A stretch of DNA of 64,000 nucleotides, taken from the NCBI RefSeq assembly GCF_009914755.1, contig NC_060931.1. One strand, written 5' to 3'. Made by a program: the position numbers and the translations under genes. Source of the DNA: the human T2T-CHM13v2.0 reference genome, Homo sapiens. How positions within the stretch are numbered: position 1 is the stretch's first letter; each line of letters starts with the position of its first letter. The notes beneath the pieces are model-generated. The model worked only from the letters and a program-made list of their open reading frames with translations, had not been told where the DNA came from and did not search any database. Positions 26,901-40,898 of this stretch are shown in pieces.

Positions 26901-29069
26901 CCGGCAGCTCATTTATGAACCTCGCTTCCTCCGTGCCGGGCGGGGGGCTTGGAGGGCTGACACTTGACTTGAGAAATGCCAGCTCTAAGCAGTTTATTTC
27001 CTCTTGAACTTTAAGAACTGACAAAGACAGGAATGACCTTTAAAAGGCAGGGTTAGTGCTTGTTGGAATCACTGAGCACTTCTTGGCTTACACAGCACGG
27101 AGAGGAGGTGCGGGGTGAGTGCCCCCAGTCTCGAGGCACGGCGCTCAGCACTCGGGCAGGTAAATCAGCGGAGAGGCCTCCAAGGTGGGTCAGTGGGTGG
27201 AGGCCAGCGCAGGGCGGGCTGTCGGGAGACTCCAGACGTAACAGACTGCAAGATGTCCCCCGTGGCCAAGATGGAAGAGGCAACGGCATCGGACGCTAGG
27301 AAGACCTGGGAGACCTGGGTTGAAACCCGGCCTCCGCCACTGACCTGCAGCAGGCTGTGTACCAAGAAGACCAACATTTCCTCCTCCCAGTTCTTCAGGG
27401 AAAAGCACGTGGGAAGAAACAGATCTGTTCCTGATACTGCAGGAGCGCCCGTTCCCATCTCCAGGACCTCCTGGTTGGTCACTGTGAGTGTCTGCTGGGC
27501 CCATCCTGTGGGCCGGCTGCAGGATGCTCCCAGTGATTCCAGCGCAGTCAGACCCTGGGGTGGGGAGGAGCTTGGGCAAGAAGGCACTGGGGAAGCGGGC
27601 GCAGACTGGGCATGGACCCCCACCCAGTGAAGGTCCGGTTTTCCACATGCACCCAACTCGGAGAAGAATGCTCACATCCGAGCCGCCATTCCCTTTCTCG
27701 CTATCAGTTAACCAGCGGCTTCCTCTGGACACCCGAAAGGCATTCCAAGGCAGCACTGCTGGCAGGGTGTGCGGTGGACACTCCGCAGGATCTGGAAGAC
27801 TTGGGTCAAAATAATTCAGGAAACACAATGGAAGTTTCTGCGTATGTGTAGAAAAATAAAGCTCTGCTGTGCTGGTGAATACTGACTTCATTTCCTCAAA
27901 GTCCAGGGGGGACAGAAAGGGCCTGTCCACAGGTGTGGCCGGACCCGCCACAGAGACAGCCACGGGCAGCGCGAGGCCAGGAATGCCAAGGGCCATGACC
28001 TTCACTTGCTGGGAGCAGAGCACTGCAAGGGGGCAGAGCATGCGAGTGGCGCTGCCCGGGCAGGGTGATGCCAGAGAAGGCCCTGCGCCCACGCAGACGT
28101 GCCGGGGACGAGGGAGCAGGTACCTGTGCTCACGGAGGTCCCCAGGCTCTGGCAGGCCTGACTGCTGGAGAGCAGATTAGAGGCAGGAAACCCAGCTCAG
28201 TGCGGAGTCCTAGCCCAGAAAACCTACTTCCTGAGCCACGGTGGCGGCCACTGCAGCCGCCAGCACACCACTCAATGTGTCACCTACCGCCAGCTTGATC
28301 CCTGCATTGGAGAACCTCCCTCAGAACTTGCCTCGCACCTCTGGACATCTCCTGGAACGTCCTGATGTCCGGCCCCAGATAACCCTGGGAGCCACCAGAG
28401 CCAGACTGGGGCAGGGAGGAGAAAAAGGAAGGAGCCGTGACAAATACAGGGCCAAGCACGGGGGCAGGAGGGTGCTCCCAACCCTCCAGGTGAAGAGCCT
28501 GCGACTCTGTAGCCTTGTAGAGTAAGAAACTCGCCACATGTGGGTAAAAGAGACCTTATCATTGCCGTCATCGTTTCCTGAACATACATCGTCACGTTTA
28601 TGTGTTTCCCACCACCCCAAGCCAAGGACTATCATCATGTCCTTTACAGACGAGATGGCCCAGCTGAGAAGACATCAGAGAGCCTGCTAAAGGGCCAGCA
28701 GTCAGTGATGAGCAAGAATTCAACGCCGGTCTTGCTCAGTCCTGACAGTGACTACACTGTTCGTTACTGCAGCTCACATGCTAGCCACGGGTCTCAGAAC
28801 CGTAACTCCACGCTCACCTCAAGCACCCACTGTGTATCAGCCACCATTCCAGGCAAAGCAGACACAATGGTGACTGTCCTCAAAGAAGCTCAAAGGTAGA
28901 AAAGGTTAACAAAAGACAAGTGTAACGGAGCAAGTAACGGTGCCTGCTAACAAGCTCCACCCTCCCACCTCACCGTGTGGTCTGTCTCCCCGCCGCACAG
29001 CCACGCAGTACACACCCCAGGAGAGCAGCGCATGTAGCTGTCCCTGCCTGCAGCCGCCATTGCCTCTCG

Positions 29070-29650
29070 GCCACCTGGTTCTCCCAGGGCAGTGGCCACT
29101 CTGATATTTCTGCCCACAGTGAGCACATGAGGCCACGGCAGTGTCTCAGGAATGCCCTGCTTTGAGTTCGGGACTTTGCCTATTCTGGGCACTTCATATT
29201 AATGTCATCATACAGGTGGTGGCCTTTCATACTGTTGAATTGACTTGGCATCATGTCTTCAAGGCCAGTCCCTGCTGCAGCATACATCAGCCTCCATCTC
29301 TTATGGCTCAATAACTCCTCGCTGGGTGGACAGCCGTGTTGTTTTTAGTCACAGCTGAGGGGCATTTGGGTTGGCCCCATCTCTTGGCTACTATGAGCAA
29401 TGCTGCTATGAACGATGACACGAGTGTTCGTGCAAACATGTTATCAATTCTCTTGGGTGCGCACTTAGAAGGGAAGTTGCTGGGTCATCCAGTGACCGCC
29501 TAACCTCTGAAGACCCACTGGACGCTCACGGCAGATGCAGCTTCACAGGACCACCAGGTGCGTACGAGGGCGCCGACTGCCCACTCCCGCCAACTTCACA
29601 GGCCCATCAGGCATGTATGAAGGCCTGGAGGATGGTGAGACCCATCACCT
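29070..29650 (-). mobile_element. L1M (MB/MC-like) 3' fragment
   Basis: tttgcctattctgggcacttcatat; ggcatttgggttgg...ttggctactatgagcaatgctgctatgaac; gttgctgggtcat. Confidence 0.75.
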
Positions 29651-30145
29651 CCGTGCGCAGCTCCACCTACCCCCAGGAATCCCACCCTGCCCGGGAGGAC
29701 TCCACGCTGCGGGGGAGGACGGCAAGACCCGTCACCTCCCTCCCTCCTGGCCAGCAGCCCCAAGGAGCTCCTAAAGACAAGCAACTGAGCTCCTAAGGAT
29801 GAGCCCCTCCCTCCCCACAGGCCCAGTGAGGACAAGATGCCTGGTAGGGAAGAAGCTCAGATTCTCCGTCCTCCTCCCCAAAATGCATCCCATCCAAAGG
29901 AAGGTGCAGCTCAACAACTCAGCACTGGGTAACGCATCACTGAAGCACAGGCACGCCCTCGCTCACACCACAGCCACAAAACCTGCCAAGTCCTTATGGC
30001 ATGGTAATTAGGGGAAGTGCTGCCAGTGACCTTTAATTGGAGGCTCCAGACAGGTCAGTCAGTCAGTGCCAAGGAGCACGACAGAGACAGCACAGCCGGC
30101 TGGGGACGGAGCCACACACGGCCTCTGCCCATGGGAAAGCCGTAA

Positions 30146-30586
<441 letters not shown>

Positions 30587-30892
30587 TGAGTTCAGGAAAA
30601 AGTTTTAAAACAAGAAAAAGCAACATCACTTTGAGAAGAGCATGGAGGAGGTGGTGGTCATGCATGGAGAAACTGGGCTTCAAACCTCATGGAAGCTCTT
30701 CTCTTTAAAAACGTACCCACATGGCTGCTGGCGGCAGGGGAAGAGCGCTGTGACCAAGGGGAGGCAGGAGAAACTCTTAGGGTGATGGAACTGAATCATG
30801 GCTGTGGTGGGGGATGCTCAGTGCAACTGTCAAGACCCACAGAGCCACACACCTCAAAGTGAATTTTACTACCAATAAATAATCGGGAAATG

Positions 30893-31203
<311 letters not shown>

Positions 31204-32842
31204 TCAGGAAATGGAGAAGCCCAAATGGAATACAACTGTTGAAGGCAGCTTCTATACCACAGTCTGCACAGCTCCACTGACCCAGGCCTGGCAGGGCGGA
31301 CCTCTCCTGCCTGTGCCGATCGCAAAGGAACAGTGGTACTTGGGAAGAGACAGGATCCTCTTTGTTGTAAAAGGAATGATGTCCCATGGCCAGGAGCAGG
31401 GACTGGGGAGCTGAAAGAAAGCTAGCGCCAACTGTATGTTTAGAGAGATCCTGCCTGTCCACAGAGAACAGCTTCATGGAACACCGTAGGCGCCCCTTAG
31501 CATCCAAGACAGCACGGCGCTAGCAGCTGAAGGGAAAACCACAACAGCGTGTGGGGAGAGGAAACAGAATTCAACAGCCGGTGCCTCTGAGAAGATCCAG
31601 TGAAACTCAGCAAAGCTGCCACTTCCCCTCTCACAGCTAACTGGATCCGTTTCCCAGCAGATCGAGGCTTGAGGCTCTAGGAGAGTTAGAGAAGAAGAAG
31701 ACTGGGACTCGGACCACACTGACTTCTCCCCTTTAAAAGTCTACACACAAAGCACCCGCACAGGCTGAGTGGAAATATGGGGGCCCACGTGCATGGCCAC
31801 AGAACAGTGGACGAGGTCGGGCAGCAAAGCGACCTTGGATCACACATCGCGCCTCTTCACGCCTCCTCACACCCCTGCCTGAAACCTGCCGACGGGCCTG
31901 TTGCCGCTGGAACACAATCCAGGCCCCCATCACAGGCTGCGCCATCTGGTTACCAGCACGGTGGTCTCGTGCTACCCTGGTTCCGTGTCGGCGCCAGCCC
32001 TCCAACCTTCTGGCCCACACTGAGCCACCTATTCCCACCACAGCCCCCGCCCCGCTCCGTCCCACCATGGCAGTCTGAGCTCCACTGAACCCCAGAGAGG
32101 CTCCCCGCTTGCCTCCAGGGAACACCGCCCCAGCCTCGAGTGCCACCATGACAGCTCTGGAGCTGCCACTGCACGTGCACATCCATCTCCCTGGGAGGCC
32201 GGGGAGATCAGGACGGTGTGGCACAGCCTGGGGCACTCCCAGCACTCAGCAGTGGCCATGAGCGAGAGGCAGCAAGGGGACGGGTGGAGGGAGTGCCATC
32301 TGTCACACTCCATGCAGCTCTTCAGCCTGAAGGAAGGACACCGACGGAGCCGGGCCATCTCTCAAGTACAACCTAGACGCCCTCAACTCCATTTCCTGGG
32401 TGCCCCAAAGCACACACCAGATTCTCACCAGCAGTGAAGCCAAGTCCAGGGTCCACAGAGGAGTTGTGAAGGTTCACACAGGGCTGGTGCTCACCCTCTG
32501 CCACCGACCCGCACGCCTCCCACACAAGCTGCCAGGCCCACGGTGGGGGTTGTGCCTGCAGAAGGCCTCCGAGCCACGCATGCAGGCGCCTCACCCGGTG
32601 GCTGCCATGAGCCAGGACAGGCTATTCATTCTGCCCCACTCCACTGATGGCCTGAAGGTCACCAAGTTCAGGTCAAAGCAGGCAGGGATGGGTGTGCTTT
32701 GACAGGGAGAGCGGCTCACACGGCCGACTCGGGCCCTGCTGTGCAGCTTCCTCGAGACCACGCAAACAGGCAAGGAGAAGGCAGCCACGGAGACACAGCT
32801 CTCTGTGGCCAGTCCCAGGCACAGTGGAGGCCACAGCCAAGG

Positions 32843-33192
32843 TGATATGGTTTGGCTGCGTCCCCGTGGAAATCCTAACTGGAATTGCATCTCCCAGAAT
32901 TCCCACAGGCTGTGGGAGGGACCCAGGGGGAGGTAACTGAATCATGGGGGCCCGTCTTTCCCATGCTATTCTCGTGATAGTGAATAAGACTCACGAGATC
33001 GGATGGGTTTATCCAGGCTTTCCACTTTTGCTTCTTCCTCATTTTCTCTTGCTACCACCATGTAAGAAGAGCCTTTTGCCTCCCACCATGATTCGGAGCC
33101 CTCCACAGCCATGTGGAACCATAAGTCCAATTAAACCTTTTTGTATTTCCAGTTTCAGGTATGTATCAGCAGCATGAAAACAGACTAATACA
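32843..33192 (+). mobile_element. THE1A (MaLR) solo LTR
   Basis: tgatatggtttggctg...ctcccagaattcccac...gggacccagggggaggtaactgaatcatggggg...cagactaataca; 5-bp TSD caagg/caggg. Confidence 0.93.
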
Positions 33193-33211
33193 CAGGGAAA
33201 GCAACCAAGCC

Positions 33212-33405
33212 CCAACACCTGTCCCTGGGGCCCACCGCACACGCCCACCCATCACGTGCATCGTGTTTAATCACACTTCCAATACCTGTCCCCGGGGCCC
33301 ACCCCACACGCCCACCCCATCACGTGCATCGTGTTTAATCACACTTCCAACACCTGTCCCCGGGGCCCACCCCATCACGTGCATCGTGTTTAATCACACT
33401 TCCAA
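33212..33405. repeat. About 67-bp tandem repeat x3 next to THE1A
   Basis: ccaacacctgtccc(t/c)ggggcccacc...catcacgtgcatcgtgtttaatcacactt x3; the third copy is shorter. Confidence 0.95.
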
Positions 33406-35128
33406 GTGCACACCTTCTAAAGGAACGGGCTTCCAAAACAAAGTGTCCAATAATCATGCTGTTCTGACATCCATCTCGAAGGCCAGGCTTAATTAAGGCC
33501 AGGCTAACACACACCTGCCATGAGATCAGAGTGGGCTGAAGGGCTGCTCTCCCCAGACCTTTCGAGCTGCAGAAGGAGCTCCGGCCAGGGACAGGGAACA
33601 CCAACCCTAGTGATGTTGGTTTGCTACCAGCTATGCAACGAAAGCTTTGAGGGCAGGCGGACAAGGAAGAGTGACAGGAAACGGCAGGTTCCCTTGTCAG
33701 GAATGGCATGGTCGTGTTTAACTTCATTAGGAAGAAGTCATTCACCGCCAGGGACTCCTCACCAAACACATCCAAATGGTCGGTAAGGGGCCTCAAAGGC
33801 TAGTGCCGAGCAGGCACCACCCCTGGGGTTCTAAGGTGGAGGTGAGAGAAGGGTAGGCCAGAAGACAAAGCAGGTCCACTGAGTCACCGGCGCTCGGGGA
33901 GGGGCCAGGTCCACTGCCAGTTGAATCTGGTTCTGCGGTCGCTTGCTTTGGGGAACTCAGGCAAGCGTCCTGAACACTTCAAAACCTCCCAATGATCCTT
34001 ACCTCAGGGGTTTTTAAAGTAAATTTTGATTTTGATTTTGGAACGACTAGGTGTACAGAAAAGTTGTCAGGACAGTACAGTGAGTTCCCAGGAACCCAGC
34101 CTCCCAGTGCAAGCACTGGAACGGTGTCACGAACGGACCTGGGACTCTGCCTGGACAGCACCAGTGTGTCTGTCCTTCAGCGTCCTTGTTCCTTCCCAGG
34201 GTTGGATCAGGGTGCCATTAGTTGCCACACCTCCTGAGTCTCCTCTCATTTGTCAGCCTTTCCTTGTTTCTCATGGACTTGGCAGTTCTGAGCAGGACTG
34301 GCCCAGGCAGGCCCCCCGCAGGGTCAGGTGTGTGTTGAGGCTGGACTGGAGCTACAGGTCTGTAAAGAACCACAGACGCAGCGTCCCCATCATCCCTTGG
34401 AGCCCGGGCGGGGCCCTCATCGCTCCGGGAAGGTGCTGCCCACCAGGCCCCTCCAGGCAGGCAACGTTACCTTTTGGGTACTCCACTCTTTGGAAGGAGG
34501 TCACGGAGCCTGGCCTACCCTAGGGGGATTAAGTTCCATCTCTTGAGGGCAGAGAACTACATCCATTTTATCTGCAATCCTTCCGGAGGGAGGAGCTGCA
34601 TCTGCCCCATTGAGTCACGCCATCATTTATTTCGGTCAGCCTGATTCACCCGCGTTTATTTGACGCGTCGGGTTATAAGTCACTCCACTTCATTTTCTTG
34701 CTGCAAGTGTTTCGCCTTCAGCCACAGGAATGCTTTCCTCTGGCTCCTGTGTCCCATCCACACGCCCCATCCTTTTGGGTTTTCTGCATTTCCTTACTTT
34801 CTGGAACTAGAAGACACTCCAGGCTCCTCCTGTGTATTTCCTACCCCAGTCCTAAAACCAGGTATCTTTCCAAAGACGCCCAGGTCCTCCTACCGAGAAC
34901 AGTGCTTGGAAGCCCTGCTCTGGGCCCCGGTCAGCTCCCTGTTGCTGGGTGTGCCTGCCTCCGGGCCCCGCAGCAGTACAGGTATGTGCCAGCCCTGCAT
35001 ACACAGACGCATCTGCCTGCAGTTCCTTCTGAATCTGTCTACTTGTGTTGAGCCAGTCAGGAGTTCATGCTGATGTCTGGCTGGGGTCTGGCTTTTCTCA
35101 CTTAGAAAAATACATTCAAGATCCATCT

Positions 35129-35425
35129 GGCCGGACACGGTAGCTCACGCCTATGATCCCAGCACTTTGGGAGGCCGAGGTGGGCGGATCACAAGGTCAG
35201 GAGATCGAGACCATACTGGCTAACAGGGTGAAACCCCGTCTCTACCAAAAAATACAAAAAATTAGCCGGGCTTAGTGGTGGGCGCCTGTAGTCCCAGCTA
35301 CTCTGGAGGCTGAGGCAGAAGAATGGCGTGAACCCAGGAGGCGGAGCTTGCAGTGAGCAGAGATCACGCCACTGCACTACAGCCTGGGCGACAGAGCGAG
35401 ACTCCATCTCAAAAAAAAAAAAAAA
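35129..35425 (+). mobile_element. AluY
   Basis: Diagnostic gagatcgagaccat, gaatggcgtgaaccc and ggagcttgcagtgag; TSD aagat(c/t)catct. Confidence 0.96.
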
Positions 35426-35884
35426 GATTCATCTATGTTGTTGTATGATCGATACCTTGTCCCATTCTCTCACTGAACAGGATTCCATTGCACAAATGTA
35501 CTAATTTGTTTATCTGTTCCTCTGTTACAGGGTGTTGTGGTGCTTCTGGTTTTTAGTTAACTATGAATAAACCTGCTATAAACACGCACATTCAGGTCTC
35601 TGTGTGGACACAATTTTCAATTCCCGTGGTTAAGAGCCCACAGACAGGGCCATCAGGTCATACGATAAGACCGTGTTTGGCTTTGTAAAAAGCTGCCACG
35701 CTGCCTCAAAGTGGTGGCACCATTTTGCACTCCTCCCAGCAGTGCGTGAGAGTTCCTGTGGCTCCACGTCTCCACCAGCATTTAGTGCCGTCAGTGATCT
35801 TACAGTTTTTAGCCATTCCCACAGTGTGCGGCCATGTCTCATGGTTGTACTAATTTGCAATCCCCCAAAGACAAATACTCCTGA

Positions 35885-36046
<162 letters not shown>

Positions 36047-36059
<13 letters not shown>

Positions 36060-36245
36060 AAGCATCCTCCCTCACGCATCTGCCCTCTGGATATCGGTTG
36101 ACTGTCTTTTCAACCACGCCCCGCCTAAGCATCCTCCCTCACACACCTGCCCTCTGGATATCGGTGACTGTGTTTTCAACCATGCCCCGCCCGAGCATCC
36201 TCCCCTCACACACCTGCCCTCTGGATATCAGTGACTGTCTTTTCA
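36047..36245. repeat. About 66-bp tandem repeat x3 spanning the Alu/L1 junction
   Basis: accacgcccc...agcatcctccctcac...tgccctctggatatcggtgactgtcttttca x3. Confidence 0.93.
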
Positions 36246-36590
36246 GACATTTTGCCCATCTTTCAATTAGGTTGCCTGTTTTCCTATTATTGAGTTTTAA
36301 GAAGGCCTTATATATTCTGGATACCAGTTATTTGTCAAATATCTGACTTGTAAATATTTTCTCCCATTCTGTGGTTTGTCTTTTCGTCCTCTTAACAGTA
36401 TCTTCCACAGAGCAAGAGTCTTTAACAAGGCAAATTTATCAAATTTTTTCTCTTATGGATTTCCTTTCAGTGTTATACCTAAAAACTCATCGTCCAACCC
36501 CAGGGCACACAGATTTGCTCCTCTATCTTCCTCTAGCAGATCAGAGGGCCTTCTTCATGGGTAACCAGGTAATGCATATAAAAGCATTTG

Positions 36591-36939
<349 letters not shown>

Positions 36940-38260
36940 TTAAAAGAATATTTAACATGGAAAATGTTCACAAAAGATTAAACAAAACAAGATGACTCAG
37001 TAAATAGTGCATGCAGTATTTTCTCCTAAAATCCCATTAGAAAAACATGTTCCATGTATATAAAAATGCCAGGAAGGATCCTGGCCAAAACAGTCACAGC
37101 AGCTTTCCCTGGGAAGAGGGACGACGGGAAACCTTTCTTCTCAGCTTTGCTGTCTCCTCCACATTCTCGAGTGTTCTGAATCAAAGTGTGTTGCTTTTGT
37201 AATCAGACTCAGAAAGGAATTCAAATAAAATGCTGACATCCCCTTCGCTCTCCTCCTCCTTCCTTCCAGGTGTGGGAACACAGCTCACAGAATGTGGGGA
37301 AAGCAGATCCGGCGAACCTAGAAGAGGAAGTGGCCCCCAAGACAGCTCCGTCTCATCCACCCCTATGAGACACACTGGCACTGGCTGGGCAACGCACGGG
37401 AGAGTCCACAGCTGCGCTCCATCAGCCAGAGGAGCACGGAACGCGGAACCCAGGAACGCAGACAAAGCCACTGTGGGGCACGGGGCAACAGACAAGGAGA
37501 GGCTCCATCAGCTGAAAAGCCTCAGGTGACGATGTCAGGTCGGCAGTCGGAACCCCCAGAAGCTGCTCCCGAACTCATGACAGCAAGGCAGGGAGAGGAC
37601 AGGAACCTCAGAGCCACAGCATCCACACAGAGCTCTCAGGCCACGCGGGCGCAGACGGTCGTCTGTGCAGCTTGCAGGGCCAAGGAAAGCAGAGGCCAGG
37701 GAGGACAGCACTGGTGAGTGGGGAGCCCGCTGGGAGCACACGCCCAGCCATGAGCAAACTCACAGCCCTTGCTGAGCTGCTGGGAACAGGTGGCCTCAAC
37801 GCCAGCCACAAGGGACAGCCCTCCCAGGAGGCTGAGCAGGGACCCACCCATGGTCAGTGTGGAGGAGTGTGTCCCTAAAGGGCTCCCAGTGGCCAGCACT
37901 CCCTCTGGATGCAGAATCCCTCTGGATGCAGAATCCACAGCTCTCACATCGGGAACGGGACACGCACTCACCCACACTCTCGACAGAGGATGCCCGAGCA
38001 CCCCTGTGTGTTGGAACCTGTTCACAACACTGCTGAGGAGGCGCTACCCTTCAAGTGACAAGACGGATGAGAAATAAGACACAAAAAACCAAAGTCTATA
38101 ATGTGCTTGACGGGAAAAAGTGACAGCAAGACAGGGAACAGACAGTCATGATGTTTCACAGGTGGGCAGGGAAGGCCCACGAGGAGGTAACAGTTGTGAA
38201 AGACAGGAAGGAAAGTCAGGAAGGCTGCTGCTATCCAGACAGGGTGCTCCAGAAAGAGGA

Positions 38261-38380
38261 CTGGCCAGTGCAAAGGCCCTGGGGCAGGAGCGGGGCTGGC
38301 AGGTGAGAAGGCCCCGGGACAGGAGCGTGGATGGCAGGTGCAAAGGCCCCGGGGCAGGAGCACAGCTCGCAGGTGCAAAG
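38261..38380. repeat. About 35-bp degenerate tandem repeat x3.3
   Basis: gtgcaaaggccc(c/t)ggggcaggagc recurs. Confidence 0.75.
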
Positions 38381-38655
38381 CAGCAAGGGGGAAGGACTCC
38401 AACCAACGAAACCACATGACCCATCTACATAGAGACCAAACACGGCAAAAGTGACCCAGGGCGATGGGAACTGGGTGGGAGTTCCAGGAACAGGAAGTGG
38501 GGGGGCAGGAGGGACTCAGCTGATCACGCTGTTTCCTGACCGGGTGATGGTGATGCCGTGTTCATGGATAATTTGTGCAGCTCTCTATATACACACTACA
38601 TACACTACAGTGAAACATGAGCAAAATGAAGTTTTTCAAACTGAGCAATCATTAA

Positions 38656-38979
<324 letters not shown>

Positions 38980-40749
38980 TGCAAGAAATATTTTAAAATA
39001 AAATGTTTTTGGAAAGATAAAAAAAGAAAAGAAAAGAAAAAGCCAAGCACACATCCCTTTATCCACACACCCTTAACTTCAAATAGCAGAAGAGATGCAA
39101 AGCAGCCTGAGTGGGTTAGCGCGGCTCCCAGGCTGCAAACGGAGATGGGCAGTGCTGAAGCCGCGGTCGCTGTTAAAGAGAAGGGCAGCGTAACCAGAGG
39201 GGAGATAGTGCGTGCTGTGGCTGTTGCTAAACAGAAAACGCAAGGAGGCGAGGTGGACAGCAGCAATGCTGGGCAGGGTGGGGCGAGGCAGCACTTCCTC
39301 CCTGAGCCGCTGTCATCACCTGCCTACTGCGAGAGGGGCACAGGGACACACAGGCGCACAAGGCTCAGCCGGCGGGGCCAACGCAGGGAAGCCGTGAGGA
39401 GAGGAGGGCAAGGACAATAGGGACAGCTGTGGGTGCAGGCCGGACACCCCAGCCGTCTCTAAGGGGAAGGGCAGAGTGCATCCACGCACACTTGCCGGCA
39501 GCCCTAGGGTGGGTGGGGGTGCCTGAAGGAGAGAGGCGAGGTGTCTCCCTCAAGGGAGCTTTGCTTCTGTGAAGGAAGGAGAGCGCGGGTCCGCGGGGAG
39601 ACACAGCAGGAGAGACGGGGTCCCTCATGAGCCTCAGGGTCGTTAGAATCGGGCTCCCCCAGGCCTGATCAGGACTCAGTCACGTAATGACAGCTCGCAG
39701 CCCACAAACAGGAGAAAGCAAGGCCGGCGGCCAAGGTGGCCTCTGGGTAAGGCCATCAGAGCACACGACGCCACACAGGCTGTGCTCAGAAGAAAGGTGA
39801 ATTCCAGATGAGGACAGGGAGGGTCCTGAGGGACCAGCCTCCAGGACACTTGCCAGCCACAAGGTCGTCCTCGTCGGACACAAGGGCTCCCAGGAGGAAA
39901 GGGCCCTGTGATCCCAGGGAGAACTCACACAAAGACCCAGTCCTCCGGCGCAAAGAGCTGTGGTGCTGACCCTCTGCGCCTGCACACATCTGGGGGTGGC
40001 GGGGCTCATGCCTGCAATCTGGCTCTGGGCACACATGAGCCTGGCCGAACCTCAGTGCGGACTCGGCTTTCACTCTCAAAAGCCAGGTCTCCTCCTACGC
40101 TGCTTTTCCACAGAGCTTTGAATTTGTTAGCTGCCTTCATGGGACCAGGGGACTCTTCTATTTTATTCTGTGTGTGCATTGGGCAGGGCGGGGCGGGCAC
40201 TGAAACAGCTCTCCAAGGGGCATCTGAATTGAAGACTTCGAGGACAGCTTCCCCCGCTACAGCGAGACCCTACAGCTCCTCGGCAGAGGACAGGAGGAAC
40301 GAGGCCAGACTCAGCCTCAGAGAACCTTCCTGCATGTGTCTCAGGCAAACTCGTCAACTCAGGCCCCTTCACGAGGCCCAGCCACAGACATAAGGGAGGG
40401 GGCAGGCTGCAGCTGCCCCACGACCACCACCACCCCGCCCAGCAGAGGCTGGGGGCACAGACCCATGGCACAGCCCGACAGCAGAGGACGCTGGCCCAGG
40501 CGTGGGCCCCACCCTCATAGCCGGTGACCCCCGGCCAGCAGGTCTGCCACTGTACCTCCAGGCTGCCACCCACAGGCGGGCACCCTCCAGGACTGCCAGG
40601 AATGACAGCGCACCCGGGGACCCTGCCAGGCACAGAAAGCAAGCAGTGGACCACAGTTGACATGGTTATGATAAACGCACCACGGGTATCCCCCACACCA
40701 GCTGCAAGGCGGGAGATGTGAAAGGGGAAGGGGGCAGCCTCCAGGCTCC

Positions 40750-40898
40750 TGGCTCCACCACACCCCATGGCACCCAGGCACAGGCTCACCCTACTCGGCT
40801 CCACCACGCCCCACCCCACGGCGCCCAGGCACGCGCTCACCCCTCTTGGCTCTGCCACACCCCACCCCACGGCACCCAAGCACGCGCTCACCCCACTC
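40750..40898. repeat. About 50-bp tandem repeat x3
   Basis: ggctccaccac...ccccacggcacccaggcacgcgctcaccc x3. Confidence 0.88.

Noticed and set aside
33095-33115. PRDM9 hotspot motif position in the THE1 LTRs (also about 61255)
   Set aside because: The sequences are cctccacagccat and cctccccagccat, not CCTCCCTNNCCAC.
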